Assembly: GCF_964204645.1 (NCBI RefSeq)
Contig: NC_134030.1
Coordinates: 9,947,222-10,011,221 of the forward strand
Direction of reading: 5' to 3'
DNA from: Tubulanus polymorphus
Lineage: Eukaryota > Animalia > Nemertea
DNA length: 64,000 nucleotides
Made by a program: the position numbers and the translations under genes. The notes below the pieces were generated by a model. The model worked only from the letters and a program-made list of their open reading frames with translations, searched no databases and had not been told where the DNA came from. Below, one piece after another: positions 40,901 through 52,106 of the stretch. The stretch's first letter is position 1; each line of letters begins with the position of its first letter.

Positions 40901-43900
40901 CGCCGTCCTTCTCCTTCTCTTCCTCTTTCACTTTTTCGACGTATGTCTGCTTCTCCTCGAAGCCGTCGTTCAATTCTTCGAGCAAATTCACTTTCAACTT
41001 CAAACTCTGATTCTCCTGTAATCGAGTGAAACAGTCAAAACCTGCTTATTTTCAGATTGCTGAACTGTTTTTTGAAAGTGCTGGGGATAATTTGAAAATT
41101 TTCGAAAAATTCCAACCCAGAGCATTGAATAACGGGTATACCGCTTTAGTGTATACTCCATGGTGCGGTGTATCATTAGTAACTAGATATTTCACTAACT
41201 TTGACAGGTGCGGCATCTGTCAATACAGATAAAACTCATAACTAATTGCATCAGTACACCGTACCGCAAAGTTCATCCCCGATTTATACACCGCACCGAA
41301 AGGGTTTTAATGATTAAATTCTGATGCGAAAACGAACTAACTACAGTTGAGTTACAAACAACTGACATTCTATCACCATACTTTCGTGATCATCGAGCCT
41401 TTGGCCAATCCATACTCGAGTCGACATAAACCAGTTGAATTTCATCGGTTTCAAATAATCTAGATTATCAAGTAGGTAGGTTTTATTGTATTTTCTATAG
41501 TTTTCTTGCAACATCATTCTGGTATAAATTTTGATAAATCTAATAACTACCTGGTGTACTCGCGATACGCACCTTATCAAGTCTGTCAATTTCCTCCTTA
41601 AGCGTGAACGTCTTGGTCTGATAATCGGCCTCTAGTCGCGCCACTTGTGACTTTATGATGTGCTCCTGCGAACGTGCCTTCTGCAACAACAAAACTACAC
41701 GGTGTAGATATCTTTCAGTATCTTATTCTCGATTGCATACGATAAAGACCTGGGTTCAGGTACAATATGTCCACATGGTGAACTAAGGTGACAATCCAGG
41801 GCTGGTGGAAGCAAGTTGACATTGGCCTGGCTTATATTTAATGGCGCAAGGCATCCGCAGAAAAACTTTTTTCAAGCTAGGAGTTGGCGGTCTTCCCTGT
41901 CAAAATTAATTTTAAATGGTTGCATTTCGAAGGCTTCAGGGACTATTTGAAACCAAACCATAGTTTTCCGGTATCATGATTTAGACGCAGCTGTTTCAAA
42001 ATCAATCATACGGAAAAGGGACGAAACATGAACGCAAGTCCCAAGTTGGCCGATAAAATCCTTCATTTACCTCGAGACTTTCGGCCATTTTGTCATGAGC
42101 CGCGTGAACTGCGATGACCTCATCGTTCAGCATAGATTTACACTGTTGAACAGTAACAAGTTTGTCCTCGGAATTCTTCAGCTGTTCTTGTAGATCGTCG
42201 ATTTGTTGCTGAAATTTACAATTTTTTTCTTTTTAGTCATGTACCGGTCTTTCTTCGCTTTGACATTTCTTATTGCCTATTTTCCGAAATTGAAGGAGAT
42301 TTTATTGAAGATCCTTCAATTTTGAGAATTAGGTAATTAAAAAATGTTTGTAGTTGTGCAATTAACTATGAATTGTTGGCATTTCACTCAAATTAAAGGA
42401 TATTCAAGGACCTTGAAAAATATTAATGGTTTAGGAGAAGTTTTTAAGGAATCAATGACCTGCGAAAGGAGTTTCAGGCATTTTGCTCAAATAAAAGGAG
42501 TTTCAAGCACATGATGGCAGCAAAGATGGCAGCACCTGTCAAACATAGTGAAATATTAGTAACTAACGATATACCGATCCGCGGTGTATACGCACTTTGG
42601 TGGTATTCCCGTTATTCAACACCCGTTATTCAAATTATCTCCAGAATTAGGGTATTGATTAGTCAGCACTGAACGGGTTAAGGAATCATGGAGTTGTAGG
42701 GACCCGGTTACCGCAGTACATATATGAGTTAAACTTGACACGAACCTTGTCACAAGCGGAAATAGATGTCAGCTGATCGAGTTTTGCACGTTCGTCATTC
42801 AGTTCGGTTTCCATTCGGTTCAGGAGATGTTGTTGAGCTTGTTTACTGTCGTCTTGTTTTTTCAGTTTACATTTCAAAGACTCGATTTCTTTCACGTAGC
42901 TGCCGACCACCGATTCCGAGCTCGTGAAATGGTTCTGAAATACGTGTGTGAAACGTAAGCATCTTGAAATGAAATTATTCAGTGTGTCCCTCAACACCTA
43001 TTATTATCATTCATATATTAATAAAGAATCCACAATTGACTGTGGCAATCGAGGATTCCATTTGTGGCAAACAAAAGATCCATCTCCCAGCAAGAGTGTT
43101 CAATAGAACATCGGTGCCAGGTTTTTTCTCAGATTCGATTAAAATCTAATTCATGATGAATGATGAATAAATTGGGCGCCAATGTAATAGCGGATACGGC
43201 GTAGTTTTCTAGTATAAGTAGATAAACGCTAACCATCGGATATCACGAAAAACAATGAAGTTTTCGTTGTCCTGCGACTGTAATCCAGAGAAATCTCACA
43301 ATAAATCAGCGAAAGATGTTAAATTTAGTAGAAGACGACAATATGTTTAGAGCAACGTTTCACCTGAACGCTATAAGCCATCATCTGGATCCAGTTCCAC
43401 AGTTGTGAGTTAGAGTTAACTCTGAGTTAAAATTAGTTCATTTTCAATGAGTTAAGTCAGGGTCAAATTTTAACTCTGAACTGTGGAACTGGACCCAGGC
43501 ATTTGCGAGTACTGCGGGATTTCTCTCGATTATTCACCTTACACGGATATTGTGCATCATCTCACTGCGTCAACTAACCACTGACAAACATTTGAGCAAC
43601 TAGCTTCAGGGACCAGTTCCATAGTCATGGCTTTGACTTAAGACCAATCTAAGACCAACTTAGTTCTATAGCCAATCTAACAACTTAAGACCAGTCTTAA
43701 GATTTAAGACCACTCTTGGACTGTGCAACTGACCTCAGGGGCCAATTTAATTCCAAAAGTGGTCTTAAATCTTAAGACTCGTCTTAAGTTGTTAGATTCA
43801 ATGGCTATAGAACAAAGTTGGTCTTAGACTGGTCTTAAGTCTAAGCCATGACTATGCAACTAGCCTGCGTAACGATGATTGCAGAAAAATATCTTCGTCA

Positions 43901-46900
43901 TCTCTCATTTACTCATACCTTGTAGAGTTCTTTTTCTTCCTCGAGCATTTTCAGTTTGCCGAACAGCGCGTCTTTCTCGCTAGTCAAGCCTTTTATCTTG
44001 TCTTGCAGCGCCTTGATGTACACCTCGTTCATCTCCAGTCGTTTCAGGATTTCATCTTTCTCCTAATAAACAAAAAAAGAACAGCTCCGCGTGGATATAT
44101 AGACGATGATTTCACCGTTAATTCTAAATTCTGAAAATTCTGAAGTTCATATTTCAGACCAAATACAGGTACCCGGTATCTCTCGAAATTTACTACAATC
44201 TACAGTAAAAAAGTCCTTTTCGATGTCACCGATGAGACCATTGAAAAATATGGCGTCATAACGAATATGGCGTTAAAAAAGAATGGGTACATGTATTTTC
44301 AACGAATTTGGGTTAAATTGAGCAAATTTGTTCTCTGGAAATGGCTGCATTAAAACTTCGTTGATTAACTTTGACTGTAGTTGGTCGATACACAAATTCA
44401 TATTGGTTGAATATTACTGATTCATTTTTGTGACGTAATATATAGGCAGCAAAACTTACAGTGGAAATGGTCTTAATTTTCTCCCTTAACGATTCCTGCA
44501 AGAGAGCCATGTCATTCGCCTCCGACAGAAGACTATCAGACTTTTCTTTTAGTTCCTGAAATGCATATTCAAGTCATACACAGTACAAGTCATAGCTACT
44601 ATGCATTGTTAGACTGGCACCGAGCAAGGTGCAGTCTGGTGTATTTGTACTAAAGTATCTCTCGTATTATACCTTCCAGTAACTACAACGGCACATTTAT
44701 AAAAACGCCATCAGCGTCGGATCCCTGTTATAAGCCTGTGCTTAAGAAAACTCAATCACTATTGTATACAGTGTGTTTGTGTCAATAAAATCCAGAAGTA
44801 AGATTTATGATGCCCTACCACACTGCGGAACACAAAAACATAATTCTTTTATTCCACTAACTAAAACATATTCCGACTAGGGAATAACCATCTGGGATCA
44901 AGTAAAGCATTGCCAAGATTTTATGTATGGATTCATATCTACTTTGTTCCTCTTATAAAATGAAATACCCTTGCTATTAGTGATATGCATGACACCTAGT
45001 GGCTACTATCTAGTTAATCAAGTTAGTCTCGAACTCCTTTTCATCACAATACTTTATTTAAGAAAGGCCGCTAAACAACCCGACCTTGTTAAAGATATTC
45101 CTCAATCTTGAGGTAACCATGCTATTGGTTTAAGGAAAAAAAACTTATTGGAAAACTTATTCAATAAATTACCTTGTTTTCTTCCTGTAATCTGTCAATT
45201 TTCTCATGATCGCTAGCCACTTGTTGACTGGCTTCAGCGAGCTTCACCATTAAATTAGAACGCTCTTTGTCCAGTTCAACGCAAGCCTTAAAAAGACGTT
45301 AGTCGAAATGTAGACGGTAATTGAAGCGTGATAAGGGAATGAATGATCCCTAACCCAGCGCCACTAGCAGAATCCTTGCTTGCCGCAGTAGGTACGCGGC
45401 TATTATCCGATATTCGAATTTCGAGTCGAAAGTGAAAACCTACCTGATCGAGTTTGGCATTTTCATCTTTCAGCTTTTGAATTTCGGTTTCGAGTACGAT
45501 AGTCTTCGACGTGACGACGAGCATGTCGCATTCGTCGTCGCTGACCTCGACGAAATCGTTCGCACACGGGCTCTTGAATTGGAACGGCGTGCTGGCACCG
45601 CGAATTTGTCCCGAATTCGCGACGTAGCAGAACTGATAGAAGTCACCGTCATCCTTGGGAAGGACGTGAGCTGAAAGTCAACAAAAATGCATAGTTTGTA
45701 CGAGTGAACTGATATTAATAAATTTAACAAATAATAACCCGCAGTAGATATATAGAAAAGTTTACTATCTGACAGTTTTGGGGTTGCTTAAAAACGCCAT
45801 CATAAGAGGATCTAAAATGACCAATAATGTATTGTATCATTATTGTATCATTTTAGTTTCTCTGATGATGGGGTTTAGAAGTAACCCCGAACTGTCAGAT
45901 AGTAAACTTTTCTTTTTCTATAGGCCTATATCTAACTGTGGTTTTTTATTTGTTAGCGTAGTTTGTATGATTGAATATTAAGTCCAGCAATAACATTTAA
46001 AATCCAGGATCCAGTTCCACACTTCCACACTTCCACAGCCTAATTCAGTGTTAAAATCAGTTCATTTTCAATTCTATCACGTCATATAGGCCTATTTGAA
46101 TTTTTAGTACATGTATAACAGTTAACACAGCTAAATCCAGATCATTTATGGTTAATGAATTCAATCCGGTTTATGACTGGTAGACTAAATCTCAGTATTC
46201 AAAGTTAATTAGCAAAACCCGCAGTTGATGATACAGTTGTTAAAAATTTATTCTTATCTGACAGTTTCAGAGGGGCCTGGTTCGACAGTTGTGACTTTAA
46301 CTAAACTCAAGAGTTAAAATCAGTTCATTTTCAATTTAGTCGAATCTAGTCAGTAACCTGCGCGTGGTTTAGTTTCACGATCGGATATTTCAAGCCCATC
46401 CGATTATAAAAGCTTACCACTGACGATTAGGCCTGCGTTTTTCAAAGCAGTGTTAAGTTATCCCTGTGATAAGACTATCCCAGTGTTAAATTTAACTATC
46501 CCAGTGATTGTTATCATAGGGATAACTTCTCGTTTTTCAAAAGCATTTTATCCCAGTGATAACTATCACCGGGATAAGAGCTTTATCCCAGTGATAACAA
46601 AAAATCCCAGTGATAACAAAAAGAAAATGGCAGCCATTTTGATAATTTATCCTGGTGATAGTGTTGCTATCACCACCTCGGAGGTGTGTTAACTTTATCA
46701 CTGGGATAGCTGATTTTATCTCGGTGATAAAGTTAACACAGGTTTGAAAAACACACTATCCCAGTGATAAAAATATTTAACACCGGGATAGCGATTTATC
46801 ACCGGGATAGGGCTTATCACCGCTTAGAAAAACGCAGCCTAGGTAACTAACTAAGTCGAATCTTAGCCCGTGGAACTGGATCCTGAACGTCTTCCTAAAG

Positions 46901-47225
46901 ACCGGATATTTTTCGGCCTACCTTGAAATAGAACGTTTCCCCTACATTCCGATCCCGGCTTGTAATCGGACGGCAGCACGACCCAATGAAAATAGATGTA
47001 CTCGCGCGAAGAACTCCAGCCGACCTTGTACAGCCCGATCCAATCATACGCGGTCGCGTTGTGTAGCGGGGTCACCGTGAAGCGGCACTCGACGTGCGCG
47101 TCGGTCGGGTAGGTCTCGGCGACGTTGTGAAATATGACCTGCGCGTAGTCGGACTGTGCGAGCGCGTTGTACATCGCGAAGCCGGCTTCTTCGTCGATGT
47201 TGATATGTTCGTAATCGATTTCCAT
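34984..47225 (-). CDS. TAX1BP1: Tax1-binding protein 1 / CALCOCO-family selective autophagy receptor (~999 aa, 17 coding exons)
   Basis: Exons (minus) 47225-46922, 45670-45444, 45286-45173, 44555-44460, 44062-43919, 42934-42746, 42208-42071, 41680-41573, 41015-40791, 39915-39771, 39403-39272, 38944-38631, 38211-38143, 37607-37142, 36551-36479, 36351-36292, 35179-34984 (3000 nt in frame; the two small 36-kb exons are less certain). SKICH (DWIGLYKVGW, FYQFCYV...RGASTPFQF), DMLVV CLIR, long coiled coil, two UBZ fingers (CPVC..HVQNHF, CPMC..HIEEHF). Confidence 0.9.
35381..35668. mobile_element. piggyBac-like MITE (TTAA-CCCTTTCAGTG family)
   Basis: Related copies at ~29790-29970, ~32656-32862, ~41040-41305, ~42530-42680 (reverse) and ~62059. 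Confidence 0.7.
40250..40558. mobile_element. piggyBac-like MITE (CCCATTAGA...TCTAATGGG)
   Basis: Short TIRs flanked by TTTA/TTAA; homologous copy at ~13030-13300. Confidence 0.65.
46347..46853 (-). mobile_element. TAGTTAGTTACC-family element with 9-bp TSD, carrying a nested MITE
   Basis: TSD AGTCGAATC at 46338-46346 and 46854-46862; ends TAGTCAGTAACC / GGTAACTAACTA. Other copies at 48818, 49235, 49691-50537 and 63901. Confidence 0.75.
46431..46839. mobile_element. Harbinger-like MITE with internal repeated TATCNCNGTGATAA palindromes
   Basis: TIR G(C/G)CTGCGTTTTTC..AAGC.GTG.TAAG; TAG on both flanks; more than ten internal palindromic motifs. Confidence 0.75.
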
Positions 47226-49490
47226 GATTATTCGATCCACGCTATAAACGGAAGTAGAAAATTTTAAAATCTGCACGTTTATCTTAAAGACAGACCAGTG
47301 GGGCCAGGGTAAAAAAACACTAAGGCTAACACTAATGCACTAAGGCTAGAAAAATTGGTACCTTGTTTCTCTGCTCTGCTGAGCTTAAAAGTTGACGCGG
47401 CTGGCCACCTATCTACCCTGTACATTACTTTTTTATAAAATCGTGATCAATTTTACCATAACAGACCCTATATATGCTACAGAAATGAACTGATTATAAA
47501 CTTTATTACATTTTACAAAAATGACCCGACCGCTGCGGAGAAACAAGGTATCATTTTTGTTTAGCCTAAGACTAAGGACTTTTTCAGCAATTTAGACCCA
47601 AAAGGAAAGACTTTTCAACTTGGAAAGAAGTACTTTCCAGTAAAATGAGGGCTCAAAAGGAAGCACTCAAGCAATGCCTTCCCCAGAATACTAGCCATGT
47701 AGACCAGTCATACATTCCAGGGTAATTCCATAGCACTTTCCTGTACATTCAATCCTGACTGACAATTGAATTACCAGGCATAAGTACTAAATACTTGTAC
47801 AGTCGAATTAATTAGCAATAAAATTGCGTGTGAAAAATACATAAAAATCAAATTTGGATGGAATTTTTCATCAAAAGGAAGGACTTAGAGTCAAAAAGAA
47901 GGACAAAGATGATGTTTGTTCAAACTTTTTCCAAAAGTAGGACTCGGAAGGAAACCCTGTAAGAGCTGGTCATGATCTATGGTGATAAGAACCCAGAAGG
48001 CGCTGTTTATTGATAAAAAGAGATATCAAGGCAATGTGGCATTATTCCAGTAAAGGCTATTACGCTGACCTTTATACTGGGTATGATACATAATTAGAAA
48101 ATCTATCTCAGTGCCGCCAACCTCAGAAAGGTGCTATCAGTAACAAATTGAATTTTTCCAGTAACATTCCATTGAAATATATGAAAGAGAATGTTCAAAT
48201 TAATCGGTAGGCCTAATCAACAGTAAGACCTTCAGTAACATCGTTTATATTTTTGTATGCATCAAACTAAGCATTTCTCGTTATAAAATGGTAACAAATA
48301 CTGAATATCAGGAACAGTTGGCAGCTCTCCTATTTTTACATCTACGGTAAAAACCGGGGGTTGGAGTTAAGAATGGGAGGGGGGTTAGGTTTCGGGCTAG
48401 TTTAAAATTCTATTCATATCTAATTTTGATATTCAGGGATGGAATTATGACCTAGTAAGGTTTCTGAGTTGGAATTTGGGCTAGATTCAAGCGTTAGCTA
48501 GTCTGAATCCTAGAGGGGTAGATACTAGACTAATGGTAAGGGTAAGGTTCAGGATTATGAAAAATAATTAAAAGTTTGGACAACCGAACGCTAGGCCTAT
48601 ACCTGACGTATAGAAAAGTGACCAAAAATGCAGTCTCATAACAATGGATGGACAGGCGGTACATCTAAAACTTGGAGGTGATATTTTGCCGATGCAGCAT
48701 TATTCAACTAAAAGCTTCTTTGTGGACATCTATGTATATATCGAGATTTACTAATAAAAATAACAATAAAATCATTTTATTAGGTAAGGGATAGGGGTTT
48801 CGATAGGGTTAGGATCTTAGTTACCTAATCGGTGGTGGTAAGCTTTAAGGGCTTATATCCGATAGTGAAACTAACCCACCAGTCCCTAGGGCTTAGAGGG
48901 TTAGGGTTAGGTTTAGGATCGATTTTACACAGCTGGGAATTAGGTAAGGATTAGGTTGAGTGCTATATGTAGTTCCAATAGCCATTCGTAGAGATTCAAA
49001 GAACCTCTATAGTAGAGAATCCCACACTGATAAAACGAAAGTAGATTAGAAGTCCGAAAAAAAGTTTCCTATAGGCCTATAGCTCATGTGTTTTTATTCA
49101 TTCGACGTTTCAACTATAGACTAATAGTCATCTTCAGGAATATTGAATTAACAAGAAATTCTCTACTATATCGTTACAACACGAAATAGTGTTTCTTCAA
49201 TGGTTATCAAAGAACCTCTATTGTTTATCTATGCTTAGTTAGTTACCAAATCGTTGGTGATAAGCTTTTATAATCGGGTGTTCGTAATGTCCTGGCGTGA
49301 GTTCGGGCAATCTCTTTTTACTCGATTTTCTCCAAATCCCCAATTTTCAAAGTTGCGCGTAGTGTAAATTTAGCCAAATCAGAACGAGTTAAAAGTCGTC
49401 AGCAATAGTGTTACCTTTTTTATTAGGTAGAAGATATTTTACCAGATCCGGTCACCGACTTCTGAACTCTATTTTTCCGGATATCGTCTC

Positions 49491-52106
49491 TAATTGGTTG
49501 ATTTACTCCGCGCATGCGCAGAGAGGTGCGCGACTTAGAAAATTCGAAGGAAGTGTGGAGAACAGAGTTTGAGAAAATAGAGCGGATAGAGCGAGACTCG
49601 AACCGGGGCTAGTAAATCCCAATAGACCACCGAGCTCGCTGAAAACCACCCGAATGTTTTAACTACATATAGCCTCTTCTTAACCTACCCTAGTTAGTTA
49701 CCTAATCGTTGGTGGTAAGCTTTTTATAATCGGATGGGCTTATACCAACGTTAGGGATGACAAGGACCAAAACACGGTTGAAAAAAGTAACACTTCAAAA
49801 GTATACTTTCTATTCACTTCAGTCCACAATTAATGGCTTAATTCATAAACTAACACAGGTACCTTTCGAAATAATCCAATTTTAAGTATGTTTCGAGTGG
49901 TTAATCAACATTATTTTGAGAAATTAATTAATTTCTCCACCAATTTCGCCATTGGCCGCCATTTCTCTGTATTGCACATGTGGCATGATAAGACAAGGGG
50001 ACCTACAAGGATTTATATAAAACTTCCAAGACGAAACGACAATTTTTGTTTTCGATGGTTTTCCAACTTATATTTCAAATCTTCGTGTTTTCCATAATAA
50101 ATAATGAAATAATAAATTCTGGTAAAAGAAAAATGTGAATAAGTGTTGATTTCTTAATTTTTTTCAATTTCGTCGTTTCGCTTCGTTAGTTTGTGCTGTT
50201 GTCCTGGCCTCAGTCCACAGGTGCCAGCACCTCCAGTAATTTTCAAAATGGCAGCTGTTGACCCGACGGATATTTACTCTCACTTTACGGCCGATTTGCA
50301 CATGGATTAAGATCATCAGGTGAGGTGTTATAGGTATCAGACAAACTACGAATCTGTTGTGCGTCGATTACAACAAAAAATAGACGGATATCTTAAGAGA
50401 CAATGAAATGCCAGGCAAATTACTCGTCAGTCAAATTGGCTGACGAAGATTTCATACAAAAATGACCTTCCCATTCCTGACTGTGGTTTGTGAAAATATC
50501 CGATTGTGAAACTAAACCACAGACAGGTTACTGACTAACCCTACCCTACCTATCCCTAGTTGTGAAACGGAACCCTCTGGACTCTCTTCTCACCTTCTTG
50601 ACACTAACGCTATCGAAACCCTAACCCTAAACCCAATAAAATGATTTTATTGTTACATAATATTCGGATCCGGCAAAATAGCGTTCAGAAGACGGTGACC
50701 GCATCCGGCTAAATAATCACTTTTTTATTAATTAGGAATAATGCCACGTCAGAGAATATCCACTGCCCTAAACCTTTACTTAGCGATGTGATATTAGATG
50801 ACAACATTCAGAATCAGAATGAATGAAAATTTGACTTTGTTTACAAATATAATTTCAATCTGAATGAATCAATTTCCTTTTGGATATGGAATGGATTTCG
50901 GATTGCCTACCGTCCGTCCTTTGTTTTTAGACAAGTAAGAAGACAACCTTCTCGATAAGTGATCGTGTACGAATCAAAGTGAGAGTTGACAACAGTAGTT
51001 TCAATATCACTAATTCCCCGTATTGCTAATACGTATGTGATTTTTATTCACCACACAATTGCAATGTTTTTATTTGTATGTGACGTCATCGAATTTACTT
51101 CCGCGTTTGCAAACTTCAGACGCCAGAGAGCGGTACTAGCTTGAACTACCTTCGACCGGGTTCGAATCCCACAATAAATGCTGAATCAAAAAAGAATCGT
51201 ATTGAAATCCTATTTATCAAATACAATTCTGATACAAGAAAATAAAATGATAACAATAGAAAAAATAGGTTAAGCTGAAACTACCAAAAAATGCCATTGT
51301 GTATCGTCCTAGGTCTATGCTGGTTACGATCTAACCGTAAGCCGAACAGTTTTACGCCGATTATCAAAATCTGATTTAATTCCTCCAATTTCGCCTTTTA
51401 GATTGCGGATACCTATGAATGATTTGGACGTGTCGATTCTAAACGATTTTCTCCGATATAACAGAAGTACTTTTTTGTAATTTTATGAATGTCCATCGTA
51501 GAATTTGAGACGTTGTCAATGTCAACAAACAAATTCAATTCAATTAATTATTTAATAACCTTTAAAATTTTAATTGATTGAAGTTTATCTAATCAGGTCT
51601 TTAACGACGAATATGGAGTGATTGATAATGATGATGACGGATGAAATTAAGGCTTTAGGTGAAGTTGGTGCCCCGGCTCTTGTCAAAAGTATTTCAAGGT
51701 AATCTTCAGTAGCCTTTTTTATTAAAAAGTGGCTATATTTACGGCGTTGTAAACGTAAAGCGGTCGTAAATTCTATATTTACGACGGTTTTATATTGAAT
51801 TTAGGATTATGCTCTAGAGAGGAGACGATTAGTGTCAAGAGGGTCCAGAGGGTTAGGGTAAGGGTCCGTTTTACCCCCTAGGGATAGGATTAGGGTCAGG
51901 TGAGGCTATATGTAGTTAAAAAATTCGACTGGTTTTCAGCAAGCTCGGTGGTCTATTGGTATGATGCTGCGCTAGTGATTTACTGGCCCGGGTTCGAGTC
52001 TCGCTCTATTCCGCTCTATTTTCTCTAACTCTATTCTCAACACTTGCCTTGAATTTTCTAAGTCGCGCACTACAGTGCGCATGCGCGACATGAATTAGCC
52101 AATCAG
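49491..52106. promoter_or_regulatory. Divergent TAX1BP1/ERICH2-like promoter region bounded by inverted tRNA-like repeat copies carrying NRF1 and CCAAT motifs
   Basis: Inverted ~190-bp copies at 49491-49676 and 51902-52106; GCGCATGCGC at 49510 and 52077; CCAAT at 49493 (minus) and 52099; TGACGTCA and ETS-like ACTTCCG at ~51081-51102. Transcription starts are not determinable from sequence. Confidence 0.45.

Noticed and set aside
48890-48920. Interstitial telomere or telomerase RNA template (GGTTAG runs)
   Set aside because: Only two or three degenerate units, embedded in a dispersed repeat.
50248-50310. ATG at 50248 as ERICH2 start
   Set aside because: The frame stops after 20 codons; at most an upstream ORF.
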